A stretch of 64,000 bases of DNA. Origin: an uncultured Candidatus Saccharibacteria bacterium (lineage in GTDB: Bacteria > Patescibacteriota > Saccharimonadia > Saccharimonadales > Saccharimonadaceae). A program made the position numbers and the translations under genes. Location: contig CAMUOM010000001.1 in the NCBI GenBank assembly GCA_947090635.1, positions 42,277 to 106,276 of the forward strand, given 5' to 3'. The notes under the pieces were generated by a model. The model searched no databases, was not told the origin of the DNA, and saw only the letters and a program-made list of their open reading frames with translations. This document shows, in pieces, positions 30,704 to 39,777 of this stretch. How positions within the stretch are numbered: the first letter of the stretch is position 1; each line of letters starts with the position of its first letter.

Positions 30704-31504
30704 CTATAGTTCCGACCAGCTAGTCGCGGCTGCCGGCACAATATCTTTACACCAAATGCGCCACGCTGCCACATTGGTCGCCACTATACCACTCCATACT
30801 TTGAGCGGCTGCGCAAAATCCTGGCTAACTACCCGCCCATGTTGCGCCACAAACAAATGGTCATCATTAAATAGCACTATCGCAGCAGGATACGTGGTAG
30901 TAAATTTATGAAGTAAATCCGCCGTCGGCTTCGCGCCCAGCGATAATGTCACCATGCGCGGATAATACACCGCGCGCGCCAGCTTCTGCAGCTGCGCAAT
31001 CCCCAATACCAAAGTAACGTTTTCATGATTCAGCACCGATTCCGCCTCATTTACTATCAAATCGACCGCATCACGCGTAATTGTTATGTGTACTGTCGGA
31101 TAATTGGCCATCGTTTCAACTAGCAAACTAGCGGTCTCGGCATTGCCGCCCAAATCGCCAATAATCAATAAATTGCCCGACCACTCACAAGCGGCGTCAA
31201 TAATTCCATTCGCCTTTTTCGCCAAGCCACCCGATGGATTCGATGGCGCAAAAATCAAATCGTCGATTCGCGCCGACACCATACTTGGCAGTTTATTCTT
31301 TAACGCATCCGGCATGATTACCCGAATCTGGCCAACCTTAGCTTTCAATGCCGCCTCATAACTATTAGCTACCGCGGCAAAACCATGTGCCGACCCGCCT
31401 ACAATCGTTAAACTACCAGACTGGTCACGTCGCTCAGGACGGCTCCACAATGCATCAGTAAAAATCGGCTTCCCAACTGCTTGACGCTGCCAATAATCTT
31501 CCAT
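30704..31504 (-). CDS. nnr: NAD(P)H-hydrate dehydratase-like (YjeF C-terminal domain family)
   Basis: LTIVGGSAHGFAAVANSYEAALKA and LLIIGDLGG resemble the YjeF_C ribokinase-like fold. The TAATG overlap with xth (shared A at 31504) indicates coupling. Confidence 0.6.
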   Translation of the reverse strand: MEDYWQRQAVGKPIFTDALWSRPERRDQSGSLTIVGGSAHGFAAVANSYEAALKAKVGQIRVIMPDALKNKLPSMVSARIDDLIFAPSNPSGGLAKKANGIIDAACEWSGNLLIIGDLGGNAETASLLVETMANYPTVHITITRDAVDLIVNEAESVLNHENVTLVLGIAQLQKLARAVYYPRMVTLSLGAKPTADLLHKFTTTYPAAIVLFNDDHLFVAQHGRVVSQDFAQPLKVWSGIVATNVAAWRIWCKDIVPAAATSWSEL

Positions 31505-32307
31505 TATCGTAGCCTCACGCTAATCGGACAATGGTCCGAACCCATTTGATTTGCATAAATCTGCGCATCAATAATTCGCTCCTTCAGCCTCTCGTCCACC
31601 ATAAAATAGTCAATCCGCCAACCAACGTTATTTTCGCGCGCATGCGCCCAATGCGACCACCAAGTATATTGCTCCGGCAAATCGCCGTGTATCACGCGAA
31701 AACTATCTACGAATCCTTGCGCAGTATACTGATGCCAGCCATCACGCTCTTCATCAGTAAAACCAGCTTTACCTCGATTTTGCTTCGGGTGCGCCAAATC
31801 GATTTCTTCAGCCGCAACATTCAAATCGCCACAAAACACTACTGGCTTAGTTTGCTTTAACTGTGCCATGTAAGCTAAAAATGCTTTATCCCATTGCTGT
31901 TCGCGTAGACGAAGTCGGCTCAAATCACTTTTTGCGTTCGGTGTATAAACCGTCACCAAATAATAGTCACCCAAATCAATCGTAATTACACGCCCTTCCT
32001 GATTCGGGTCGCCATACGCATCAGCCACCAAATACTGCTGCACGATATCATCTGGCAAGTTATATGTAACTACAGCATCGTCCGCCACTCCTCGGCGCAC
32101 TAATAATGCCGTGCCACTATACCCAGCCTTAGTGGCACTATTATAAATAATGTTATAATCACCAAAATCGGCCTTGATTTGCTCCGGCTTACATTTTATC
32201 TCTTGTAGCCCCATTACGTCCGGCTGTACCTTAGCCAAAAACTCTTGCAAACCGCCTTTATTTAGCACCGCCCTCAGACCATTAACATTCCACGAAGCCA
32301 GCAACAT
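31504..32307 (-). CDS. xthA: Exodeoxyribonuclease III (AP endonuclease)
   Basis: N-terminal SWNVNGLRA. The C-terminal catalytic residues DYF...SDHCPI are present. 267 aa. Confidence 0.9.
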   Translation of the reverse strand: MLLASWNVNGLRAVLNKGGLQEFLAKVQPDVMGLQEIKCKPEQIKADFGDYNIIYNSATKAGYSGTALLVRRGVADDAVVTYNLPDDIVQQYLVADAYGDPNQEGRVITIDLGDYYLVTVYTPNAKSDLSRLRLREQQWDKAFLAYMAQLKQTKPVVFCGDLNVAAEEIDLAHPKQNRGKAGFTDEERDGWHQYTAQGFVDSFRVIHGDLPEQYTWWSHWAHARENNVGWRIDYFMVDERLKERIIDAQIYANQMGSDHCPISVRLR

Positions 32308-32813
32308 CAGCGCACACCTCGCTTTAGCTCACGCGCCGTATCGCGCTGCTTGATAGCTTGGCGCTTATCATATTGTTTCTTGCCTTTACCAAGCATGATG
32401 ACTAATTTAATATACCGCGCATGCGTCAATAATTTAGTTGGCACTACAGTCAAGCCTTTACTGCGCGCCTCAACAACCCGCGCAATTTCCTTACGCTGAG
32501 CGAGTACCTTAATAGCATCAGTACTTACCGTGGTAGCTGATTGACCGCTACCGCGTGGCGCATTATTTTGCAACGTAAAAGAAGCGTTGATTAAATACAA
32601 TTCATCACCGCGCGGCCCGCGCTTTGGCACCACATAAGCCCCCTTCAAACTAACTCGATTTAATCGCGCCGCTTTTACTTCAAGCCCAGTCAGCGACAAG
32701 CCAACCGTCAAACTATCCGACAAACTATAATCGTAGCTAGCGCGTCGGTTAATTATTACTCCGGTAGACGCTTTATTTTGCTTATGTCCACGCCGCGTCA
32801 CTGATTTTCCCAT
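32307..32813 (-). CDS. smpB: SsrA-binding protein
   Basis: 168 aa with the SmpB core (NRRASYDY....LTGLEVKAAR) and a basic C-terminal tail. TCCTATAAT lies 7 nt upstream of the ATG. Confidence 0.85.
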   Translation of the reverse strand: MGKSVTRRGHKQNKASTGVIINRRASYDYSLSDSLTVGLSLTGLEVKAARLNRVSLKGAYVVPKRGPRGDELYLINASFTLQNNAPRGSGQSATTVSTDAIKVLAQRKEIARVVEARSKGLTVVPTKLLTHARYIKLVIMLGKGKKQYDKRQAIKQRDTARELKRGVR

Positions 32814-32903
32814 ATCTTATATTATAGGATACTTGCGCATAACGTGCCAGTGTTTACCAAATAAACTCACTACAACCTAGGTTTTTGAACTAAATTTATA
32901 TAA

Positions 32904-33206
32904 TTAACCATTTAACGTAGCCATTGTATCTTCATCACTAGTTAATGGTTTAATATCATTACGATCTCGAAAAAAGCTTGCCCAATACGGGTTTTCTTTA
33001 TCGAATAGTGCCTTTTGCTCTGGCGTAAACTTCCGTGTGTAGTCACTAAAGATATTAAAAACTGTTTTGCGGTCAAATGAGACTAAGAATTCACCCTCTC
33101 TGTCATATACACTAACCCAATAAATTTTGTCATTGGGGTTTTCTTTGTAAAATTTATATTTACCTTGGTATAAATGTTTGTCATTACTTTTTCGCATAGT
33201 GCGCAT
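32904..33206 (-). CDS. Small conserved hypothetical protein; paralog of 2196..2534
   Basis: 100 aa. LVSFDR...KFTPEQKALFDKENPYWASFF is shared with the 2196..2534 ORF. AAGGAA SD upstream. Confidence 0.7.
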   Translation of the reverse strand: MRTMRKSNDKHLYQGKYKFYKENPNDKIYWVSVYDREGEFLVSFDRKTVFNIFSDYTRKFTPEQKALFDKENPYWASFFRDRNDIKPLTSDEDTMATLNG

Positions 33207-33235
33207 TCCTTCTTTTACTAATTACCATGTAAATA

Positions 33236-33329
33236 TTGACTAATACCGTACTCTTTAGTAAAATACATATATAAAGTGATTTGGGGTCGCGGCCTGGTAA
33301 AGGCGACGGTGTCAAATCACCTGTTTTTT
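33236..33329 (+). ncRNA. Candidate small structured RNA unit B1 (promoter + hairpin + U-tract); homolog of A1
   Basis: -35 TTGACT at 33236-33241, 17-nt spacer, -10 TAAAAT at 33259-33264. Hairpin 33273-33323 with outer stem aagtgattt/aaatcac, then TTTTTT. The motif tattatata follows the terminator, as in A1. Confidence 0.45.
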
Positions 33330-33341
33330 ATATTATATATT

Positions 33342-33396
33342 ATAAACGATTTAGAATTGTGAAATGCATATTTCGCGGTCGCTAAATCGTCTTTTT
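33342..33396 (+). ncRNA. Candidate small structured RNA unit B2; homolog of A2
   Basis: Hairpin with outer stem acgattta/taaatcgt. The 3' half gcatatttcgcggtcgctaaatcgtcttttt is nearly identical to the A2 3' half. Only a -10-like TATATT precedes it, with no clear -35. Confidence 0.4.
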
Positions 33397-33456
33397 GAAT
33401 ATTTTTATTTTTCCTACTTAGCACAATAAATAAACATTTATGATATACTTTTAATA

Positions 33457-34473
33457 ATGCAGCGCTTAACTGTTAATTTAGTTTCTGAAAGCGAATTTAG
33501 TGTGCAAGGGCATGGCGTCCACACCGCATATCTTGAGATGCGCCATTTGTTAGAAAAACAATCCGGAATCAATCTACTGGTCAATGCCAAACCACTAGCT
33601 GACACTGACATTACTCATATCCATACTATCGGCCTATTTTCATTGCTACGTTTATTGTCGCGGCGCGGTGGCAAAAAAATTGTCAGCGCCCACATGGTAC
33701 CAGATAGTCTGGTCGGTTCAATCGTTGGCGCTCGGTGGTGGCTACCACTATTCAGCCGTTATCTATGCTGGTTCTACAACCACGCCGATACGCTTATCGC
33801 GGTTTCACCTTACACCAAGCAGGTTCTATTAAAGCTAGGCATTAAAGCGCCGATTGTCGTAATTGATAATTCTATCGACACCTCCGCCTATCAAACATCA
33901 GACGAGCAGAAAGCTAAATTAAGGCGCGAGCTACACTTGTCGCCTAGTAAATTTATTGTCATTGGTAGCGGTCAAATTCAGCCGCGCAAACGATTCAGTA
34001 CGTTTCTTCAGGTTGCCGCGGCACTACCAAAATTTCAATTCATCTGGGTAGGCGGAATTCCATTTAAAGCTGCCGGCTCAGATTATCTAGGGCTTAATCA
34101 TCTTATCAAGCACCACCCCAAAAATGTCTTGGTAACTGGAGTTGTACCACAAGCTGAAGCACGTAAATACACCCGCGCCGCCGACGTAATGTTTATGCCA
34201 TCAATTCAAGAAACCTTCGGGCTATCCATTGTCGAAGGTGCCGCCAGTGGTTTGCCGGTAGTAGTACGCGATATTGCCGACTACAATGCCACTTTCGGGC
34301 AAGACGTCTTACGTGGCGATGAACATAATTTTACTGAATTGATTCAATCGCTCGCCGATGACCCAGATTTTTATCACAAATACCGACAAAAATCACACCA
34401 TCTAGCACAAAAATATGACTCTAACCGCACTGCGAGTAAACTATTAGCAGTTTATCGTAAGCTAGCGCATTAA
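33457..34473 (+). CDS. Glycosyltransferase family 4 (GT-B fold)
   Basis: C-terminal EX7E region ETFGLSIVEGAASGLPVV. 338 aa. An extended-10-like TGaTATACT lies 7 nt upstream of the ATG. Confidence 0.75.
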   Translation: MQRLTVNLVSESEFSVQGHGVHTAYLEMRHLLEKQSGINLLVNAKPLADTDITHIHTIGLFSLLRLLSRRGGKKIVSAHMVPDSLVGSIVGARWWLPLFSRYLCWFYNHADTLIAVSPYTKQVLLKLGIKAPIVVIDNSIDTSAYQTSDEQKAKLRRELHLSPSKFIVIGSGQIQPRKRFSTFLQVAAALPKFQFIWVGGIPFKAAGSDYLGLNHLIKHHPKNVLVTGVVPQAEARKYTRAADVMFMPSIQETFGLSIVEGAASGLPVVVRDIADYNATFGQDVLRGDEHNFTELIQSLADDPDFYHKYRQKSHHLAQKYDSNRTASKLLAVYRKLAH

Positions 34474-34495
34474 TGTGGTATAATAATCACACAAT

Positions 34496-35773
34496 ATGCG
34501 CATTGGTTTATTTACCGATACCTATCGACCCGCTCAAAACGGCGTTGTTTTAGTAGTAGATGTGACGCGTCGCGAATTAGAGAAGATGGGGCACGAAGTC
34601 TGGGTATTTGCACCGAGCGCTAACCTCTTAAATGAAGTATCAGAGGTGGATGCCGAAGATGACCACCTAATTCACTTTCCAACCATCCGCGGAGCAGGCT
34701 TTAAAGAAGGGCAATTGCCACTATTTTATTCACCACACTTGCTTGCTAAAGTACAAGACCTTAGAATTGACGTTCTCCACTTTTTTACCGCCGGCCAAAT
34801 GGCCATGTTTTGCTGTTACGCCGCCCGCAAGACTGGCGCAGTTCTAATTGGTCAGCACTGCACTGATACTTACGAGTATTCCGACAGCTACCGCTTATTA
34901 AAGGTTGGCTATGCTGCAATGGCTACACTAATGCCGCTTGCCGTCAATATGTCACGCGAACAGCGTCTTGACTTCGTTCGCAATATCGCCGACCACAAAA
35001 GCGAAGATTCGTGGGGACGGCGACTAGTAGGTAATATGCTAGCTCTCTGGTACCAAGCTTGCGATGAAGTGATTGCGGTTAGCGAAAAGTCAGCCAACCA
35101 GCTCCGCGAGATTGCCGCCACCAATAACTGCAGCATTAATCTCACTACTATTCCAACCGGCGTCAATCAACCACGAGTTCCAGATGAAGCTGAAATCGAT
35201 GCTTTCTGCGCCACACACCATATCGACCGGCACGCTAATAACCTAATCTATTTTGGCCGACTAGGGCAAGAGAAAAATCTTGACCTGCTGATTCCAGTAA
35301 TTGAGCGCGTCCGCCAGTCAGTGCCAGATGCCAACTTAATCTTTGCTGGCGACTGGGAATATCGCACTCATCTCGAAGAGCTGGCGGCTGCAAGCCCAGC
35401 ACACGACCACATCTACTTTGTCGGGCGTTACCCGCATCGCGATGTCGGTATTTTAACCGCCATCAGCAAGATATACCTCTTCCCGTCACTCACTGACACT
35501 CAAGGATTGGCAGTGACAGAGGCGGCATACGGTGGATTACCAATTGTTTTGTGCGACCCATTAGCACCAGCCTGCTTTATTGACCACAAAAACGGCTATA
35601 CTGCGCAAAATGACGCCGCTGATTTTGCCAATAAAGTTATTGATTTGTTGCAGCACCCCGTGCGCTATCGTAACTTTAGTAATTGTTCCAAGCAGCTTGC
35701 CGCCGAGCTAACCGAAACAAAACAAACCGAGAAAGTAGTCGAAGTTTACCGCCAAGCCCTCAAACGCCAATAG
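34496..35773 (+). CDS. Glycosyltransferase family 4 (GT-B fold)
   Basis: N-terminal MRIGLFTDTYRPAQNGV and C-terminal TDTQGLAVTEAAYGGLPIV, both typical GT4 blocks. 425 aa. Confidence 0.75.
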   Translation: MRIGLFTDTYRPAQNGVVLVVDVTRRELEKMGHEVWVFAPSANLLNEVSEVDAEDDHLIHFPTIRGAGFKEGQLPLFYSPHLLAKVQDLRIDVLHFFTAGQMAMFCCYAARKTGAVLIGQHCTDTYEYSDSYRLLKVGYAAMATLMPLAVNMSREQRLDFVRNIADHKSEDSWGRRLVGNMLALWYQACDEVIAVSEKSANQLREIAATNNCSINLTTIPTGVNQPRVPDEAEIDAFCATHHIDRHANNLIYFGRLGQEKNLDLLIPVIERVRQSVPDANLIFAGDWEYRTHLEELAAASPAHDHIYFVGRYPHRDVGILTAISKIYLFPSLTDTQGLAVTEAAYGGLPIVLCDPLAPACFIDHKNGYTAQNDAADFANKVIDLLQHPVRYRNFSNCSKQLAAELTETKQTEKVVEVYRQALKRQ

Positions 35774-35812
35774 CCACTCCGCAAGTGGCTATTTTAAGCT
35801 AATAGCAACTAG

Positions 35813-36082
35813 TTACTTGATATAACCGCCGTCGCGCAGCTGTTCATCAATATTAGCGCGGTCAAAACCTAGAATAATTTTACCATTAATATCAATCACT
35901 GGCACACCGCGGAAGTTACCGCCAATCTTTTTCATCAGCTCATCCTGCGCCGCTGGATCTTCCTCGATATTCTTATCTTCAAATGGCACATGCAAGCTAG
36001 TTAAGTATTGTTGCGCCATTTTACAATACGCACACCAATTAGTGCTGTAAATAATAACTGGGGTTTTACCGTCCTGATTCAT
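35813..36082 (-). CDS. Glutaredoxin-like protein (NrdH/YruB type)
   Basis: 89 aa with a CAYC active site and the thioredoxin-fold pattern VIIYSTNWCAYCKMAQQYL....GVPVIDING. AAGGAG SD upstream. Confidence 0.7.
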   Translation of the reverse strand: MNQDGKTPVIIYSTNWCAYCKMAQQYLTSLHVPFEDKNIEEDPAAQDELMKKIGGNFRGVPVIDINGKIILGFDRANIDEQLRDGGYIK

Positions 36083-36149
36083 AGTTCTCCTTTGGTCTAC
36101 GTATATAATTACGTTCTAAACCATATTATAGCACTTAAGTTTATAATTG

Positions 36150-36344
36150 TTAATATAAGTGCTTCGTCAAATGCCATCCACCACAAAACATACAGTGGTA
36201 AACACGAAGCCGCAACTGACCAGTCAAATCATTTAATTCTTGGGCGCGCGCCACATCCTCAGCTTCACGCTCTGAATTATATTTATTTTTTCCGCACGAA
36301 CGCTGCGTAGGCGCAGGCATGACAATCTTGTGCTTACGCGACAT
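36150..36344 (-). CDS. Candidate small Cys/His-rich protein (64 aa) between trxB and the glutaredoxin gene
   Basis: MSRKHKIVMPAPTQRSCGKNKYNSEREAEDVARAQELNDLTGQLRLRVYHCMFCGGWHLTKHLY. Has a CxxC plus His and a weak resemblance to bL33-type zinc ribbons. No SD or -10 near the ATG. The ATG overlaps the trxB 3' end by 11 nt. Confidence 0.3.
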   Translation of the reverse strand: MSRKHKIVMPAPTQRSCGKNKYNSEREAEDVARAQELNDLTGQLRLRVYHCMFCGGWHLTKHLY

Positions 36345-37287
36345 TACTAATGCTTTTAATATACTGTCGAATCTTAAATACCGCTTGTGTGCCCTCGGCT
36401 GAAGCTGACACGATTTGCTTAACCGACCCAGCACGCACATCGCCAGCTGCAAATACACCAGCAATATTGGTCTGCATCTGAGCATCCGTCTTCACGCAGC
36501 CAACTTCATCAAGCTCAACTCCCGAATCCGCCAAGAATCCAGTATTCGGCGTAGAACCAGCAAAAATAAAGATGCCGTCCGCTGTCACGGTTTGCTGCAT
36601 GGCAGGATCATCGGTCTTATAGGTACTCAGCCCAACCACATTGCGATGCTCGTCCAGTTTAATTTCATCTGGCGTCCAGCCTTCCAACAACGTAATTTTA
36701 CCGTCTTTAATGTATTGTGCTAGCTCATCTTTTAGAATTGCACTCGCCTTAATATAGCTCCGCACTACCATAGTTAAATGTTTAGCAAACTTGGTTAAAT
36801 AAAATGCCTCTTGAACCGCTGAATTAGCGCCACCAATCACAATCAACTCACGCCCCTTATACAACGCGCCATCGCATGTCGCACAATAATGCACACCACG
36901 CCCAGTTAGTTTGTCTTCTAGTGGCAAGCCCAAACGCCGATATTGCGCACCCGTAGCCACCAAACACGCCTTTGCTTCGTAAATGTCACCCTCGCGCGTT
37001 GAAACTTGCACTAACTCACCAACCTTTTTTACTGCCGTTGCCTCAGCAAACTTAATTACTGCGCCAAAGCGCTCCGCTTGGTCTTGATAATCCTGCGCCA
37101 AGCTCATACCCTCAATTCCCTGGCTAAATCCTGGGTAATTATCTACTCGGTCAATAGTTGCCATTACGCCACCGACTAGTGCACGCTCTAACACTACGGT
37201 CTTAATACCCTCGCGTGTCGCATAAATCGCTGCCGTTAACGCTGCTGGGCCGCCGCCTACAATCACTAAGTCGTAATCTTGATTCAT
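36334..37287 (-). CDS. trxB: Thioredoxin-disulfide reductase
   Basis: FAD motif DLVIVGGGPA, redox-active CATCDG and NADPH motif GGANSAVQEA. TGcTATAAT lies 6 nt upstream of the ATG. Confidence 0.9.
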   Translation of the reverse strand: MNQDYDLVIVGGGPAALTAAIYATREGIKTVVLERALVGGVMATIDRVDNYPGFSQGIEGMSLAQDYQDQAERFGAVIKFAEATAVKKVGELVQVSTREGDIYEAKACLVATGAQYRRLGLPLEDKLTGRGVHYCATCDGALYKGRELIVIGGANSAVQEAFYLTKFAKHLTMVVRSYIKASAILKDELAQYIKDGKITLLEGWTPDEIKLDEHRNVVGLSTYKTDDPAMQQTVTADGIFIFAGSTPNTGFLADSGVELDEVGCVKTDAQMQTNIAGVFAAGDVRAGSVKQIVSASAEGTQAVFKIRQYIKSISNVA

Positions 37288-37304
37288 ATTACGATTATAG
37301 CAAA

Positions 37305-39038
37305 TTACACCTGAGTGAGTAACAGCACCTGATATGGAGCAAGCGTAATTTTGTCACCACTGTTAATCTGCTTTAATGGCTCACCCACAAAATCAGCCGA
37401 ATAGCCCGACCACGCCGAATTAAATGCCACTTGCCACGTGCTGCCCGGCAAATTAATTTGGTAGTTATGCCACTTTAAGCCGCTAAAGTTCGCCAACACG
37501 ATTACTGGTTGTTGCCCAGTATCACCGCGTTGATACATTAGCACCCGACAATTCTCGTCGGCCAACAAAATATGAAGTGCTGGTGATTGCAATCCGCCAG
37601 TTTGATGATATTGATTACGCCTCAGGGCAATTAAATCACGGTGCGCCGACACAATACCCCCAAATTGGTCAATATTAGCCCAATCTAGTGAATTCCAATC
37701 ATTAAAATCACCGCCCTGCAAAAATTCCGAACCCGCCAGCAACATTGGTACACCAGGCGCAGTCAATGCAATAGCAGAAGTTAAAATAGCAATCCGACGC
37801 GCATTGATACTATGTACATCCTTCACTGCAACTGCCACCATTCGCGAACCACCGTTAGCCGCCGTATCATGACTATCCGCAAACACAATGCGCTGTTGCC
37901 AACAATTATTAAAGCTTTGTCCTAGCACATTACAAAGATTAGCTAAGCCTGGCGCTTCACTCCCGATATGAAGAGCACCGCGCAACACATGCGGCAAACC
38001 TAAATCCCATTGTGCATCAAATCCCGCGCCGCCCGCTAGTTGTGACGCCGTAATAGCACTATTGCCAGCACAATCCTCGGCAATCACTAAAGAACCTGGC
38101 TTAATTTTATGCGACACACGTGTAATTTCAGACAGCAAGCTCCAAGCCTCTGGAATATCATGCGCTGGGTCGTTGTTGTTACCGGCAGTATTACGCATAT
38201 AAATCGTACTATCCACCCTAAAACCATCAACGTGGTAATTGCTCAGCCACATCGACACATTATCAAGAATAAACTCCCGCACTTCTGGACGGCCAAAGTC
38301 CGGCCGACTGCCCCACGGCGTATCGCCGCGCTGGTCGTTATAAAAATAAATACCCCCACGGCCATTTTCGCTCCAGCCATCAAACTGCCATAAATCATTG
38401 TCGGCCGAAAAATGGTTATAAACCACATCAAGAATCACTTCAAGCCCACGCTTATGCGCCTCCTTGACAAAGGTCTTCATGCCAAATGCACCACCATACT
38501 GACTTTCTACAGAATAAATTGCACTCGGCGCATAGCCCCAACCAAAACTCTCCGCCATCGATGTCACCGGCATTAACTCCAGTGTAGTTACACCTAAATC
38601 TTGCAAATAATCAAGACGCTCAATTGCCGATGCAAAAGTACCAGTAGTCGACGGGTCGGGGCGATTAAACGTCCCAATGTGAATCTCGTAAATTACCCGT
38701 TGTTCCGCCGGCTGCGGCACTACTACCTCATACCCCTGCCAGTCAAAACTACTATCGTACACCACAGATTTACCATCGTTACTATCAGTTAAGACGCGCC
38801 CACGTGGGTCATTGCGATACTTCACTTGGCCATCATAGCCGGTAATCTGATATTTATAAGCATGGCCTGGTTCAACACCATCCACCCGCACCGACCAATA
38901 GCCAGTAGTTCGGTCGACCTCCATAGCAATCGGCTGCCACTTCGAAAAATCACCCACAACCGACACAGCACGAGCAAACGGCGCCCACAATCGAAACACC
39001 GTATAATCTTCATGTTGTTCTAGACCCAACCGACTCAT
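37305..39038 (-). CDS. GH13-family alpha-glucan enzyme with N-terminal CBM48 (branching/debranching or TreZ-like)
   Basis: CBM48-like N-terminus FRLWAPFARAVSVVGDFSKW. GH13 blocks EVILDVVYNHF and VDGFRVDSTIYM. Start set at MSRLG with TAAAAT 7 nt upstream. The track ORF begins 24 codons earlier. Confidence 0.75.
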   Translation of the reverse strand: MSRLGLEQHEDYTVFRLWAPFARAVSVVGDFSKWQPIAMEVDRTTGYWSVRVDGVEPGHAYKYQITGYDGQVKYRNDPRGRVLTDSNDGKSVVYDSSFDWQGYEVVVPQPAEQRVIYEIHIGTFNRPDPSTTGTFASAIERLDYLQDLGVTTLELMPVTSMAESFGWGYAPSAIYSVESQYGGAFGMKTFVKEAHKRGLEVILDVVYNHFSADNDLWQFDGWSENGRGGIYFYNDQRGDTPWGSRPDFGRPEVREFILDNVSMWLSNYHVDGFRVDSTIYMRNTAGNNNDPAHDIPEAWSLLSEITRVSHKIKPGSLVIAEDCAGNSAITASQLAGGAGFDAQWDLGLPHVLRGALHIGSEAPGLANLCNVLGQSFNNCWQQRIVFADSHDTAANGGSRMVAVAVKDVHSINARRIAILTSAIALTAPGVPMLLAGSEFLQGGDFNDWNSLDWANIDQFGGIVSAHRDLIALRRNQYHQTGGLQSPALHILLADENCRVLMYQRGDTGQQPVIVLANFSGLKWHNYQINLPGSTWQVAFNSAWSGYSADFVGEPLKQINSGDKITLAPYQVLLLTQV

Positions 39039-39068
39039 TACTACAATTTTAACACAAGCGTGATAAAC

Positions 39069-39077
39069 TGGTATAAT
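39069..39077 (+). promoter_or_regulatory. Extended -10 (TGgTATAAT) 7 nt upstream of the SGNH hydrolase ATG; leaderless
   Basis: ctggtataat-tttatta-ATG. Confidence 0.55.
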
Positions 39078-39084
39078 TTTATTA

Positions 39085-39726
39085 ATGAAAGCAACTGAAC
39101 CAATTACCATTCTATGCTACGGCGACAGTAATACTTGGGGCAAGGACCCAACCGCCAACCAGCGCTACCCCTTCGCCGACCGCTGGCCAAATATTTTAGC
39201 GCAAAACTTGGGCGACAACTATCACGTTATAGCCGAAGGTGAACTAGGTCGCACTATCATTTTCGACGACGAAGACCCAAGCGTCCCTTGTCGCAATGGC
39301 TACACATTACTAGCGCCGTTGCTCGATAGCCATCGACCAGATTATCTCGTGGTTATGCTTGGCACTAATGACACCCGCTTTTTCAATAACGCCAGTCCAA
39401 CCGAAATTGCCGAGCACTATGTACACTACTTACGCGCTTGCCAAGAATATCACTGTCGGATGATTATCATAGCACCGCAGCCAGCTAGTGACGGTTTTAT
39501 TGACCCAGCAACCGGCCTAAGTGCCAACAAGTGTTTTAACGAGGATAGCTTCCATAAAATGCAAAAGTTGCCAGATGCAATGCGTAAATTTGCTGCCGAG
39601 CACAACGTTGATTTTATCGACCCAACCGACTTTGCTGCTGTCGGCCCCGACCATCTACACTGGACAAAAGACACACATCGCCAATTTGCCGACAAATTAA
39701 CTGCTTATTTTAAAAATCTCGCCTAA
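39085..39726 (+). CDS. SGNH/GDSL-family hydrolase (esterase/lipase-like)
   Basis: GDS block ILCYGDSNTWG near the N-terminus. Catalytic DxxH (DHLHWT) near the C-terminus. 213 aa. Confidence 0.75.
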   Translation: MKATEPITILCYGDSNTWGKDPTANQRYPFADRWPNILAQNLGDNYHVIAEGELGRTIIFDDEDPSVPCRNGYTLLAPLLDSHRPDYLVVMLGTNDTRFFNNASPTEIAEHYVHYLRACQEYHCRMIIIAPQPASDGFIDPATGLSANKCFNEDSFHKMQKLPDAMRKFAAEHNVDFIDPTDFAAVGPDHLHWTKDTHRQFADKLTAYFKNLA

Positions 39727-39731
39727 TTTAT

Positions 39732-39761
39732 TTGACATTTAAATTGCCTTAGGTATATAAT
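39732..39761 (+). promoter_or_regulatory. Sigma70-type promoter for tRNA-Gln
   Basis: -35 TTGACA at 39732-39737, 18-nt spacer, -10 TATAAT at 39756-39761. This puts the start about 10 nt before the mature tRNA 5' end. Confidence 0.65.
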
Positions 39762-39777
39762 AATTGTCGTTGGCTAT

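Noticed and set aside
33236-33456. Could the hairpin-terminators be leader attenuators of the downstream glycosyltransferase operon?
   Set aside because: Module A has the same units but no plus-strand gene downstream, since the next genes are on the minus strand. An attenuator role does not explain both copies.
36150-36485. 111-aa ORF from the track (MLRCRPILLV...)
   Set aside because: Its first 47 codons lie inside the trxB coding sequence on the same strand in another frame. Only the distal 64-aa part starting at the internal ATG is retained, as a low-confidence candidate.
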